Shown in pieces: positions 50,034 to 58,993 of a stretch of DNA of 64,000 nt. A program made the position numbers and the translations under genes. Source of the DNA: a virus; the IMG/VR virus record IMGVR_UViG_3300044631_002183, positions 64,948 to 128,947 of that record. The stretch is one strand, 5' to 3'. Under the pieces are notes generated by a model. It was not told where the DNA came from. It made no database searches and worked only from the letters and a program-made list of their open reading frames with translations. The stretch's first letter is position 1; each line of letters begins with the position of its first letter.

Positions 50034-50390
50034 ATGAATCGCAAAGGATTTTTCAAGACTATATTTGGAGGCTTTTTGGCAGCAACTGCTGCCCCGGCAG
50101 TTCTCAAGGCCCAAGAAGAGCCGCAAAAAAAAGACTTGACTCAAAGCCCAAAACCATTCACATTGGATGTGGATGGCAACATTGGTTTAGGAACTTCTTG
50201 CCCAAAAACTCCATTAGTGGTATCTAGCCTTATCTTCCAAGTCGGCGAAAGAAAAATGCAAATGGCAGGAAATGAAAAAGGCGACTTTGAAATTAAATGG
50301 CTAGACGTTAAAGAAAATGAATCTAATACTACTATCAAAATTAGTAAACCAAATGTTGACCCATGGAAAACTCAGACTACGATGCGTTAA
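50034..50390 (+). CDS. hypothetical protein with Tat-like signal
   Basis: MNRKGFFK + hydrophobic stretch ending VLKA; DGNIGLGT motif. Confidence 0.6.
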   Translation: MNRKGFFKTIFGGFLAATAAPAVLKAQEEPQKKDLTQSPKPFTLDVDGNIGLGTSCPKTPLVVSSLIFQVGERKMQMAGNEKGDFEIKWLDVKENESNTTIKISKPNVDPWKTQTTMR

Positions 50391-50551
50391 CTACTGAAGA
50401 AATCAGCGAAGGTTGGCATTATTGCTACGATTTAAAAGGAAAATTAATCGGCCCCGGTTTCCCTGAAATGGAAGATTGCAATTGTAAGATAAATAAAAGC
50501 ATACACAATCAAATAAAAAAGAAAAATGATCAACGACAAAAACGACAATAA
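50363..50551 (+). CDS. hypothetical protein
   Basis: GWHYC.D...LIGPG.PEM.DCNC. Confidence 0.55.
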   Translation: MENSDYDALTTEEISEGWHYCYDLKGKLIGPGFPEMEDCNCKINKSIHNQIKKKNDQRQKRQ

Positions 50552-51215
50552 AGTACAGTTAATTGGCTATTATGGCAGCGATCAAGTTCACGCCTGTTCA
50601 GCTTGGACTTCTACAAGCAGAGATTTAAATGAAGATAAAATTAATAGAATTCCTAAGCTCCTTAAGATGCTCGCTGATGCGGGGCATCATACTCCTTTCG
50701 AAAAGTCTGCTCTTCATTTCTTGGTGGATACTGATATCGCTAGTCATATTCATATCCTTAAGCATCGTATCGGTGTACCTGTTAATGGTGAATCTGCTAG
50801 GTATAAAGAGATAAAAGAAGACAAGTATTTGATTCCTGATGATTGGAAAAACATCGAAGTTACAAATAATCTTGATGTGAACAGCCAACTTGATTTTCCC
50901 GGTAAAAATTGGGCTGATGTATTAGAGATGTATACTCAAGCAGGAAATCGTCTTTATCATGCCGCTATAAAAGATCTTGAGCCTGTTCTTGGTCGCAAGC
51001 GAGCCAAGGAATCTGCTCGTTATTTCAAGACTTACAACTCTCAAATTCAAGCTGATGTTATGTTTAATTGGCGTTCTTTCTATCACTTCTTGAGTCTGCG
51101 TAATAAGCCTGACGCTCAGAAGGAGATTAGAGAAATTGCCGCCGAGATGTTGCGTTTAGTAAAGAATATAGAAGGTAATCCTTTTGAGCATACAATCGCC
51201 GCATTCGAACTATGA
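50526..51215 (+). CDS. thyX: FAD-dependent thymidylate synthase
   Basis: H.TPFE, LKHR, NGESARY, ESARY, NWRS..HF..LR, AQ.EIR. Confidence 0.93.
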   Translation: MINDKNDNKVQLIGYYGSDQVHACSAWTSTSRDLNEDKINRIPKLLKMLADAGHHTPFEKSALHFLVDTDIASHIHILKHRIGVPVNGESARYKEIKEDKYLIPDDWKNIEVTNNLDVNSQLDFPGKNWADVLEMYTQAGNRLYHAAIKDLEPVLGRKRAKESARYFKTYNSQIQADVMFNWRSFYHFLSLRNKPDAQKEIREIAAEMLRLVKNIEGNPFEHTIAAFEL

Positions 51216-51814
51216 TAAGTAAATATAATATTTTTCTTGATGATGTCCGCGTTCCTACGCAAGTTACTTGGGCGGCTATTCCAAAAGATCAACATTACTC
51301 TGTTGTACGGAACTACAAGGAATTTGTAGATTTGATATCTCTGAGAGGTTTACCAAAGTATATTTGCTACGATCATGATTTAGCAGATTGCCATTATGGC
51401 GATGGACTAAATGGCAGAGGCGTTGATTATGGCAAATATACAGAAAAAACTGGCTATCACTGCGCTGTGTGGTTAGTTAATTATTGCATTGAAAGAAACA
51501 TCAAACATCCACCATACATAGTTCATAGCATGAACCCTGTAGGAAAAAAGAATATTGAATCTTATATAGATAGCTATAATAAAACATTAGCGAATCATAT
51601 GCAAGACAATAACCAAGATAGCGTTCCACAAACGACTCCCAAAGGAATAAACTTAACAATAGAACTTCCTAAAACTTTTTCTCTGCAAGACGCTGAAAAC
51701 ATTAAGAAAGATCTTCTTGATTTTTTTGCGAAAAAGAACAATTATGGAGCAAATTATGGCGCAAAAGAAGGCATTAAAATTAAATCTATCCTCTGGTCTG
51801 CCAATGACAAATGA
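51212..51814 (+). CDS. cyclic-phosphate-processing receiver-domain protein
   Basis: FLDDVR, VRNY.EF, YDHDL, TGY.CA.WL, VHSMNPVG. Confidence 0.75.
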   Translation: MISKYNIFLDDVRVPTQVTWAAIPKDQHYSVVRNYKEFVDLISLRGLPKYICYDHDLADCHYGDGLNGRGVDYGKYTEKTGYHCAVWLVNYCIERNIKHPPYIVHSMNPVGKKNIESYIDSYNKTLANHMQDNNQDSVPQTTPKGINLTIELPKTFSLQDAENIKKDLLDFFAKKNNYGANYGAKEGIKIKSILWSANDK

Positions 51815-51953
51815 AGCTGTAGTCGAGAGGCTTTTGGCTTTCAACAAATGGCGCACCGGAGAAGATGGCAGAACAATGGACGAAGCAGGCTTAAAGCCAA
51901 GGCAAATAACTTTGGATATTGAATTTGCAATAAAAGCATTATCTGGACTATGA
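51804..51953 (+). CDS. hypothetical protein
   Basis: MTNEAVVERLLAFNKWRTG; start refined from the ORF track. Confidence 0.55.
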   Translation: MTNEAVVERLLAFNKWRTGEDGRTMDEAGLKPRQITLDIEFAIKALSGL

Positions 51954-52066
51954 GCGCAGGAAAAGGAGATAAGCCAAGAAATTGCTTTAGCAAAACCTAC
52001 AAGAGTAATTTCGATGAAATAAAGTGGGGCAAGAAGAAAAAAACGCCAACTCTTAAAAAGAAATAA
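51950..52066 (+). CDS. small basic phage peptide (GKGDKPR family)
   Basis: Manual translation MSAGKGDKPRNCFSKTYKSNFDEIKW; ATGA overlap. Confidence 0.65.
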   Translation: MSAGKGDKPRNCFSKTYKSNFDEIKWGKKKKTPTLKKK

Positions 52067-52070
52067 TACT

Positions 52071-52658
52071 ATGGGAATGTATAACAGCGTAGACTGCCAA
52101 TATCCGCTGCCAATGCCAGATGATCCTAAAGGTTATACTGGCTCATTTGGCTTTCAAACTAAAGACTTTGAGTGCGCTTTAGATATTTACATTATCGATA
52201 AAGATGGGCAATTATTCCTTGAGCAGCGAGAAATGGAATGGGTGAAAGGAAATCCAAACGGCAAAGGCTTTTTAGAAAAGTCAGGCTACGCAAAGACGGT
52301 CAAGACTTGGCTTGAGCCTTTAAATAATACTTGCACTGTTGAGTTTTATGATTATTCACATTCTAATAATACTGATTATGATTATTGGATTCAGTACGGA
52401 GCAACCTTTGTCGGTGGCAAGTTAACTGATATCAAATTGCTCAATTTTGAAGCTACTACCAATGCTAAGAGAAAAAAGAGTGATGAAAATTTCAAGAAAA
52501 GACTAACGCTAAGACATGAATTTGTTCAAACTTGGCGTTACAAATATATTTATAGACATTATAATAAAGTATTAAGAAAGACCGTAGAAGGAGCTACTAA
52601 ATGCCTATCAAAACTAAAAACGCTAATCTTCAAGCTAGAATCAAAAATTCAAATTTGA
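52071..52658 (+). CDS. conserved phage hypothetical protein
   Basis: MGMY..V.C..PLP, FQTKDFEC pattern. Confidence 0.7.
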   Translation: MGMYNSVDCQYPLPMPDDPKGYTGSFGFQTKDFECALDIYIIDKDGQLFLEQREMEWVKGNPNGKGFLEKSGYAKTVKTWLEPLNNTCTVEFYDYSHSNNTDYDYWIQYGATFVGGKLTDIKLLNFEATTNAKRKKSDENFKKRLTLRHEFVQTWRYKYIYRHYNKVLRKTVEGATKCLSKLKTLIFKLESKIQI

Positions 52659-53336
52659 ATGGCTTTTTCTTATTTGTTTTACAACAACGATAAAGAAAAG
52701 CTTTTGATTTATTTCAATAGTTTGGCAGCTACTGGACTGGGCGATAATTTTTTATTGAAGCGTACTCTTTCAGAAAATTTTTCTGATTACGATATTCTCA
52801 TAGTAAAAGACAGCGAGCCTAATAATTGGTATCTTTCTGTAATACCGGAGATCGAAGAATTCATAACTAAATTATCTTGCGAAAAAAATCATAAACATAT
52901 ATTTGCGCTTGCTGATAGTTCTGGAGCTATACCTTTGTTAAGCATTTTGCCGAACATCTCTTTGTTCAGAAGAGCCGTCGTAGTTAATGGTCAAGTGGAT
53001 TTATCTGAAGACGTAGTGTATAAGTTTAAAGATAATATAGTTGGACATTTCGAAATCGAAAAAGTTAAAGGCGATATCTATAAAAAGTACATTAAACCTC
53101 TTGAGCTTATAGACTACTCAAATAAATTTGAGATATTATTTTGTTATAATTATTTTAGATCTGATAAAGTTTATGCAGATATTATCTCCAATTTGAGCAA
53201 GCCAAATTTTAGGCTGAGATTAGATTTTAAAAAATACACAACAATTCCCTGCCACGCTTGTTATATAATTGATTTGTTTACTAGCAAAAACTTCCTAGAA
53301 GAAATAAAATTTTACTTTTCTCAATATGAATGTTAA
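52659..53336 (+). CDS. hypothetical protein, possible alpha/beta-hydrolase fold
   Basis: ADSSGA resembles a nucleophile elbow; late His. Confidence 0.45.
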   Translation: MAFSYLFYNNDKEKLLIYFNSLAATGLGDNFLLKRTLSENFSDYDILIVKDSEPNNWYLSVIPEIEEFITKLSCEKNHKHIFALADSSGAIPLLSILPNISLFRRAVVVNGQVDLSEDVVYKFKDNIVGHFEIEKVKGDIYKKYIKPLELIDYSNKFEILFCYNYFRSDKVYADIISNLSKPNFRLRLDFKKYTTIPCHACYIIDLFTSKNFLEEIKFYFSQYEC

Positions 53337-53511
53337 TGAATTCGAAAGAACAAAACCCACAGAAACTTATAAAAAAATCAAGCAACTTGAAAAACTAATA
53401 ATTTCAGAGCAGCAGAAGACAGAGTTGCTTTATGCGAATAGAGTAGCTACTCTTGATAAGATGTTAATTTCCGTAAAAGATCTCTTAGAAACTTTTAAAA
53501 AGGGAGAGTAG
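53326..53511 (+). CDS. hypothetical protein
   Basis: Overlapping operon-packed ORF. Confidence 0.55.
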   Translation: MNVNEFERTKPTETYKKIKQLEKLIISEQQKTELLYANRVATLDKMLISVKDLLETFKKGE

Positions 53512-53554
53512 GGATTTTTTTTGAAATAGACTGTTACAACTCTATAATAAAAGT

Positions 53555-53788
53555 ATGCAGAAAGAGTTGTACATCAAAGGTAAGACGCAAACAAAGGTTG
53601 TTGTCAAAAACGATGACCTTGTTTTTGATGGTAAAAGTTTAGTTATTCCATCTTATTGGGTTAGTTCTATATCTTATTTCATCAAAGATGTAGATGAAAA
53701 TTCAATTGAAGAAGCCGATAGAGAAGACTTCAAGCAGTTTAAGCGTTTCTTGTTTGATGTAGAAGACTTTGCTAATCAAGGAAATTAA
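53555..53788 (+). CDS. hypothetical protein
   Basis: TTGAAA/TATAAT promoter upstream. Confidence 0.65.
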   Translation: MQKELYIKGKTQTKVVVKNDDLVFDGKSLVIPSYWVSSISYFIKDVDENSIEEADREDFKQFKRFLFDVEDFANQGN

Positions 53789-53789
53789 T

Positions 53790-53921
53790 ATGAAGCAAGA
53801 TAAGTTTTCTAAAAAGCGTCCATCAGATCAGAGAGATTTTGAAAACCTTGATTTAAAACGCAAGAAAAAGGCTAATAAACCACACAGAGGAAAAGGCATC
53901 AAGCTAGAGGACTTCCGATAG
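53790..53921 (+). CDS. small basic hypothetical peptide (43 aa)
   Basis: Manual translation; fills the gap between flanking ORFs. Confidence 0.5.
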   Translation: MKQDKFSKKRPSDQRDFENLDLKRKKKANKPHRGKGIKLEDFR

Positions 53922-53934
53922 TGTAATTATACTT

Positions 53935-54483
53935 GTGAAAAAGTATGTAGCCTATAGCGCAGATTGGAAGAAGAAAATAGAGATGGAGGAACTCAACTCC
54001 ATCGAAGAAACTATTTTTGAAGCTTCTACTAGAGCCGTAGAGTGGGCTTTAAATTCTGGCAAAGAAATAGGCTTACTTATTAGACTAGAAGACAAAGATC
54101 TTCCCGGCCATGTTTTCATTTCTTTAGCTTATAAGGTTTTATCTAATGCCGGTTATTATAACTTAGCTGAAGTTCAGAGGGAGATGGTAAAGCAAGATTT
54201 TGGCATAGATATAGGAGAAGATAAGCCTTTGTCTAAATTAATGCTTAAATTAAGGAAAGCTTCTCTTAAAAAATCTTTTTGCATCGCTAAGATAACAGAA
54301 GTGCAAATTGATGGCAGAAGCTCTAAGGTTCCCATAGTTTGCATAAATCTTGGCCTCTACGAGGAGCAGCAAGAAGCCAAGAATAAATGTCAAGAATTAA
54401 ATAAATCTGAAAAAGAAAAAGTCTTCGTTGTAAAAAAAATTACATACAATCTCAACGATTCCCTTGACTTTGGCGCAAGCTGA
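53935..54483 (+). CDS. hypothetical protein
   Basis: 182 aa ORF, GTG start 8 nt after GTGTAA. Confidence 0.65.
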   Translation: MKKYVAYSADWKKKIEMEELNSIEETIFEASTRAVEWALNSGKEIGLLIRLEDKDLPGHVFISLAYKVLSNAGYYNLAEVQREMVKQDFGIDIGEDKPLSKLMLKLRKASLKKSFCIAKITEVQIDGRSSKVPIVCINLGLYEEQQEAKNKCQELNKSEKEKVFVVKKITYNLNDSLDFGAS

Positions 54484-54497
54484 CCCATATTTCATCC

Positions 54498-55388
54498 ATG
54501 CGACTGGGGCTTTGCTGCATTTCTCTGCGTCTTCAAGAAGAGGGCCATAAATTCCAAACGATGACTTTCTCTAGGTTTTCTGCGCTTCCGCGCCAGCAAG
54601 CCTTAGAAGTTCTTTCGGCTCGTATTCTGAATAATTTTCTTGTCACCGAGAAGGTTATTCGCTACTGCAAGGCAAGCGGATTCAGTAGCTACAGGCTTTC
54701 TTCTGATCTTACCCCAGTCATCAACCACCCCTCAGTCGATGTCAAGCTTCAAGACTTGCCTAATGCTGCGGCCATCTTTGAGTCCTTGTCTTCCATCGCT
54801 AAAGCCGTCAAGGAGACGGGATTAAAAATCTCAGCGCATCCTTCGGAATACATTAGCTTGACTAGCCCCAAGGAAGAGGTCATTGCCAACAGCACCAGAG
54901 ATCTTGCTTCTCACGCTGAATTGTTCGACCTCATCGGACTTCCTCAGTCTTACGAGGCTCCTCTTAACATCCATTGCCGCCAAGACGGCGATCCAGAAGC
55001 TATTTCTTCTTCCTTCCTTAAAAACTTTGACAAACTGCCAGATAATGTTAAGAATAGGTTGGTACTAGAAGTCAATGACAACAAAGAAGGAATTTGGAGC
55101 ATCGCTAATCTCCACAAGTTTTATTATCAGAGAGCTAACATTCCTGTTACTTTTGATAACTTGCATCATTCCTTTTGTCATCATAATGTTCCTGAGCGTG
55201 AAGCTATGGACATGGCTTATGAGACTTGGAAAACAACTCCTGTATTCCATTATAGCGAAGGCATCGAAGGTTCTAGGAAACACGCCGATTACGCAACCGG
55301 ACTTCCTAGGGCCTATAGTTCAGATATTTTTTGGGATGTTGAATTAAAAGGCAAAGATCTTGCGATCCTCAAAATGTTGAATAAATAA
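54498..55388 (+). CDS. uvsE: UV damage endonuclease (UVDE)
   Basis: RLGLCC, YRLSS, SAHP, NIH, RLVLE.ND, TFD.LHH, FHYSE, RKHAD, E.KGKD.A. Confidence 0.93.
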   Translation: MRLGLCCISLRLQEEGHKFQTMTFSRFSALPRQQALEVLSARILNNFLVTEKVIRYCKASGFSSYRLSSDLTPVINHPSVDVKLQDLPNAAAIFESLSSIAKAVKETGLKISAHPSEYISLTSPKEEVIANSTRDLASHAELFDLIGLPQSYEAPLNIHCRQDGDPEAISSSFLKNFDKLPDNVKNRLVLEVNDNKEGIWSIANLHKFYYQRANIPVTFDNLHHSFCHHNVPEREAMDMAYETWKTTPVFHYSEGIEGSRKHADYATGLPRAYSSDIFWDVELKGKDLAILKMLNK

Positions 55389-55389
55389 T

Positions 55390-55599
55390 ATGGCACACCT
55401 AATTAAAGTCCACGCACTCGACTTGACTCACGACAATGGAAAGGATTATATTCCTATTCTTATTAATTTAGATGATGTAACTTCTATAGAGCCAAGCAAA
55501 GTCCACACTATTATTTATACTAATAATGGTAGTGCTGGCGGCATCAGAGTGAAAGAAAGTCTTGATCAAATTCTACAACTATCAAAGAACAACAAGTGA
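55390..55599 (+). CDS. small FlbD-like beta protein
   Basis: ILINLDDVTSIE, VKESLDQI. Confidence 0.5.
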   Translation: MAHLIKVHALDLTHDNGKDYIPILINLDDVTSIEPSKVHTIIYTNNGSAGGIRVKESLDQILQLSKNNK

Positions 55600-56315
55600 A
55601 AGAAAAACTTTTTATACCAGTTATTTGCTATAACCACATGGCAAATACTGAATTCATGATCAGCCTTATCAAGTTGACCCATCACTTGAGGGACAAGAAC
55701 ATTGATTATTGTTTGTTTCCTATTGTATTTGAGAGTTTGATTCCAAGAGCTAGGAATGCTGCGGCAGCGCATTTTCTTGATTCAGATTGCTCTCACTTAC
55801 TATTTATAGATTCTGATATAGAATTTGAGCCAGAGTCTGTCATTAAGTTGCTTAGGCATAATAAAGAAGTAATTGCTGGAGTCTATCCCAAAAAGTATTA
55901 TGTTTTGAATAGAGTCTTTAACAACGAAGAGATTGTTGATTATCCATTTGGTGGAGAAATTCATTTCAATGAAAATGGATTGATTGAAACAACTTATCTT
56001 CCTACTGGCTTCTTGATGATTAAGAGAGAAGTTTTTATAAAGATAGCCGCTTCTAAGCCTGAATTAAAATATAAAAACGACATAGATGGCTATGGTCAAC
56101 TAGATACTTTTTATAATTTCTTTAGATCTGGAGTTCATAATGGCATTTATGAAAGCGAAGATTGGGGTTTTTGTTCCATTTGGCGCGAGCTTGGTGGAAA
56201 AGTTTTGATTGACCCAACTATAAAATTGGGTCATATTGGATGGAATAAGTTCTCTGGCAATCCTCTCAAGTGGTGCCAAGAAGCAATTCACCGCTACTCT
56301 TCAGAAAACGCATGA
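55596..56315 (+). CDS. GT-A fold glycosyltransferase-like protein
   Basis: ESLIPRARN, LLFIDSDI, GVYPKK, TGFLMIKR, SEDWGFC. Confidence 0.8.
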   Translation: MKEKLFIPVICYNHMANTEFMISLIKLTHHLRDKNIDYCLFPIVFESLIPRARNAAAAHFLDSDCSHLLFIDSDIEFEPESVIKLLRHNKEVIAGVYPKKYYVLNRVFNNEEIVDYPFGGEIHFNENGLIETTYLPTGFLMIKREVFIKIAASKPELKYKNDIDGYGQLDTFYNFFRSGVHNGIYESEDWGFCSIWRELGGKVLIDPTIKLGHIGWNKFSGNPLKWCQEAIHRYSSENA

Positions 56316-56638
56316 AAAAGATAGAAAAAGCATTCACAAGCAAGAACTACAACCACAAGCAAATCCACAGAGAAGGTGATTTTGCTATTTATGAGAGGTA
56401 TTATGATGCTACTCCAGAAAAGAAGCATTATGAAGTAATAAAAATTCAATCCCATAATGGTTATGCTATTGGTGGGCAGATGTACCCTGCTAGTGAATTT
56501 TATCCTAGTTCAAATGCTTGGGGCACAGATGGATACACTTGCCTTGACAAAGAAAGTGCTTATAAAAAATTGGATAAAATGATGCAAGACCATAAAATAA
56601 GAGAAGAAGAAAAGAAGAAGAAAGAAAAGAAAAAGTAA
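56312..56638 (+). CDS. conserved phage hypothetical protein
   Basis: HYEV..I, E.YPSS..WG motif; start refined to 56312. Confidence 0.65.
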   Translation: MKKIEKAFTSKNYNHKQIHREGDFAIYERYYDATPEKKHYEVIKIQSHNGYAIGGQMYPASEFYPSSNAWGTDGYTCLDKESAYKKLDKMMQDHKIREEEKKKKEKKK

Positions 56639-56644
56639 GTTATT

Positions 56645-56718
56645 GCGAGTATAGCTTAGTGGTAAAGTCCGAGTTTTCCAAACTTGCTAGGAGGGTTCGA
56701 TTCCCTCTACTCGCTCCA
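56645..56718 (+). tRNA. tRNA-Gly(TCC)
   Basis: Cloverleaf, anticodon loop TTTCCAA, GGTTCGATTCC, CCA end. Confidence 0.93.
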
Positions 56719-56720
56719 AC

Positions 56721-56794
56721 TGGGGATTTGCATAATGGTAGTGCAGGAGTCTTTGAAGCTCTTTGTAGGGGTTCGATTCCCTTATCCCCTGCCA
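56721..56794 (+). tRNA. tRNA-Gln(TTG)
   Basis: Anticodon loop CTTTGAA, T arm, CCA end. Confidence 0.92.
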
Positions 56795-56799
56795 TTTTT

Positions 56800-56934
56800 A
56801 TGAAGATTTATAATATTGCAATTTTATCGACTGTCGCGGCTGGCCTAATTGTTTCATTTTTTTATGGCATGCTGGCTGGGGTAGTTGTTAATTTGGCTTT
56901 GTTTTTAATTGTAGAAAAATTTTTACCAGAATAA
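56800..56934 (+). CDS. small membrane protein (44 aa)
   Basis: Two hydrophobic segments; ATG right after tRNA-Gln. Confidence 0.55.
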   Translation: MKIYNIAILSTVAAGLIVSFFYGMLAGVVVNLALFLIVEKFLPE

Positions 56935-56938
56935 TAAC

Positions 56939-57361
56939 ATGAAAGCGCAAATCCAATTCATCACTAACTCAGAAAACTATTACGACTCTCCACTCTTGGA
57001 AGTTTATGTCCCAAGCAAAACTGCTCTAAAAAAATTCCTAGAAACTTTTAAACCCAAACACCGCGATCCTGCCGAGGTTATGGTTGATTTTATTATATTT
57101 GCTCACTCTGCAATTAAAACAGTTGCTATCAGAAACTTAGAAGACCGAGACTATTCACAGGATCTTATTGCAGTTGAAGTAAGATCTCCAAATATTGTAG
57201 AGTTTGTTTATAAGAAAGACGATGGCAAGACAGACTGGCGTAAAGTAGACATTCTTGAAGAGGATAAGTATTATGTCAAAGGCCATGACCTTAATGACGA
57301 TAATAGTTTTAAATGCTTCAAGAAGAGTAATATTGTTGGCGGAAGAATTATTAAACAGTAA
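56939..57361 (+). CDS. protein with C-terminal WYL-like domain
   Basis: VEFVYKKDDG..DWRKV...YYVKG.D...FKCFKKSNI. Confidence 0.55.
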   Translation: MKAQIQFITNSENYYDSPLLEVYVPSKTALKKFLETFKPKHRDPAEVMVDFIIFAHSAIKTVAIRNLEDRDYSQDLIAVEVRSPNIVEFVYKKDDGKTDWRKVDILEEDKYYVKGHDLNDDNSFKCFKKSNIVGGRIIKQ

Positions 57362-57367
57362 TTTCGG

Positions 57368-57442
57368 GCCTCCAAAGCATACAAGGGGATGCAGGGGTTT
57401 TGTAAACCTCAGAGTTCAGTTCAAGTCTGAATGGAGGCTCCA
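57368..57442 (+). tRNA. tRNA-Thr(TGT)
   Basis: Acceptor GCCTCCA/TGGAGGC, anticodon loop TTTGTAA, CCA end. Confidence 0.85.
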
Positions 57443-57843
57443 TTTTCATCAAGTTTAATTAAATTTGCGTGTATTTCTGTGTGGCAATTTGCACAGACTA
57501 ACACGCATTTTTTTATTTCTGCTTCTATTTCTTCTTTGGGATAGCCATTAGAGATTGCGTCTGATACTGCAAATTTTTTTGTTTTAGGATCTATATGGTG
57601 AAAATGTAAAGCATTTTGGCATTTATCATATCCACAAAACTGACATTTCGCGCCAGAGCTATCTTTATATTCTTTTTTTAAACGGAAGCGATTTTTATTT
57701 TTTCTTTCGGAATTTTTAGTTTTTCCTTCTGGATTTAAATAATAAGAGATTAAACTCCTAGAGCATTTTATTTCTGCTTGGATTTGTCGGTAAGACTTGC
57801 CTTGAGATCTAAGTTGTTTAATTTTTTCGCCCTTTTCTTCCAT
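57421..57843 (-). CDS. HTH + HNH endonuclease (free-standing)
   Basis: N-terminal HTH (GKSYRQIQ), CQFCGY..C..ALHFHH.DP, CVLVCANCH.E.H. Confidence 0.88.
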   Translation of the reverse strand: MEEKGEKIKQLRSQGKSYRQIQAEIKCSRSLISYYLNPEGKTKNSERKNKNRFRLKKEYKDSSGAKCQFCGYDKCQNALHFHHIDPKTKKFAVSDAISNGYPKEEIEAEIKKCVLVCANCHTEIHANLIKLDENGASIQT

Positions 57844-57897
57844 TTGTTTATTATATTTGAAAAGATGAGCCTCTCAAAAAAATTTTTCCTCTTGCCC

Positions 57898-57926
57898 TTG
57901 ACTTTCTGAAAATCCAGTCCATAGTG
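57898..57926 (+). promoter_or_regulatory. sigma70-like promoter for the tRNA/ncRNA block
   Basis: TTGACT...CATAGT followed by a hairpin and boxA-like TGTTCTTTAA. Confidence 0.55.
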
Positions 57927-58021
57927 TAGACGTTGGAAGTGCAGTGGGTTGGAAAAAATCCGATGAAATTGCACTTGTTCTTTAAAATGCGTTCGTAGCT
58001 CAACGGTAGAGCAGCAGCCTT

Positions 58022-58687
58022 AGGTAATAAGAGCGTTCATATAGAAATATATGAAATGAATCAAGCCGTATGCGGGAAACCCCTTAGAGCTTAAACTACT
58101 TGAAAAAGTAAAAATGTTTAAGATTGGGCAATCCGCAGGAAACTAAAAGATTAGTAATCTGCTAGTTTATGTGTATAATATAATATATGATAACACATAG
58201 CAAACAGAAAGGTAATCTTGGATTCTCTGCTACTTTAAAAGAGATACATAAACTTGGATATAATGTCTTTTCTGAAATTGGCGACTATTCTAAAATAGAT
58301 ATGATAGTCGAATATAATAGTAGGTTAATAAAAATTCAAGTTAAGTATGCTAAAGAAAAAAATGGAATTGCTGCACTTTCTTTAAGGAAATCTGGTCCTA
58401 ATGGATATAGATACCTTTACAAGGTTAGCGACATTGATATTTTTAGCGTGTATCTTCCTGATCAAGATAAGGTGCTTTTTATTCCAGCTAAATTAGCTTG
58501 CAAAAATAAAAATTCCTTTGTTATCAGGTATAAAGAAAGCAAGAATCTTCAAAAGTTTAAAGTTCATCATATAAATGAATTTTTAGATTTAGATAGGATC
58601 CTCAGAGACTTTACGCTTGACATCTGTAATGATGATGATAAAGTCCAGACCACAACGGAAACGGTCAGCGAAAGCTGAAGTGGTAAG
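58022..58687 (+). mobile_element. group I intron
   Basis: P/Q TGCGGGAAA...AATCCGCAG, R CAGAGACTTT, S GATAAAGTCC, exon-terminal U, intron-terminal G, GAAA-capped 3' hairpins. Confidence 0.88.
58187..58678 (+). CDS. intron-encoded PD-(D/E)XK homing endonuclease
   Basis: KQKG, IDMIV, KIQVKY, DIDIFSVY; lies inside the intron. Confidence 0.85.
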   Translation: MITHSKQKGNLGFSATLKEIHKLGYNVFSEIGDYSKIDMIVEYNSRLIKIQVKYAKEKNGIAALSLRKSGPNGYRYLYKVSDIDIFSVYLPDQDKVLFIPAKLACKNKNSFVIRYKESKNLQKFKVHHINEFLDLDRILRDFTLDICNDDDKVQTTTETVSES

Positions 58688-58916
58688 TTAAGCTGTTGGT
58701 TGTGGATTCGAATTCCACCGGACGCACCAATTTTTTCAGTTCTTTTAAATTTTGAGCGGCGGAGTCAATTATGTCTAATGTGTGTTAGATGTAATTAAGG
58801 AAATAGTTTCCTTCCCGCTCAATTAATTTGAGTAAAGAAGTAGAATTTATCTTAGAGCGATATAGGGTAAAATTCGAAGTAATTGGAATTACACTTTACT
58901 CTTTTTGTTCTTTAGT

Positions 58917-58993
58917 GGGCCAGTAGCTCAATTGGTTAGAGCAGGGAACTCATAATTCCTTGGTTATCGGTTCAAGTCCGGTTTGGCCCACCA
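58917..58993 (+). tRNA. tRNA with CAT anticodon (Ile2 or elongator Met)
   Basis: GGGCCAG/TTGGCCC, loop CTCATAA, paired 1:72 so not initiator. Confidence 0.9.

Larger units (their letters stand above)
57989..58729 (+). tRNA. tRNA-Lys(TTT) interrupted by a group I intron (exons 57989-58021 and 58688-58729)
   Basis: Acceptor GCGTTCG/CGGACGC, A73-CCA; joined anticodon loop CTT|TTAA. Confidence 0.85.

Noticed and set aside
56659-56799. N-terminal part of the 91 aa ORF
   Set aside because: Overlaps tRNA-Gly and tRNA-Gln; likely start is ATG 56800
57989-58729. Reading the split tRNA as Asn(GTT)
   Set aside because: Would need the intron to end in A; group I introns end in G, and A73 fits Lys
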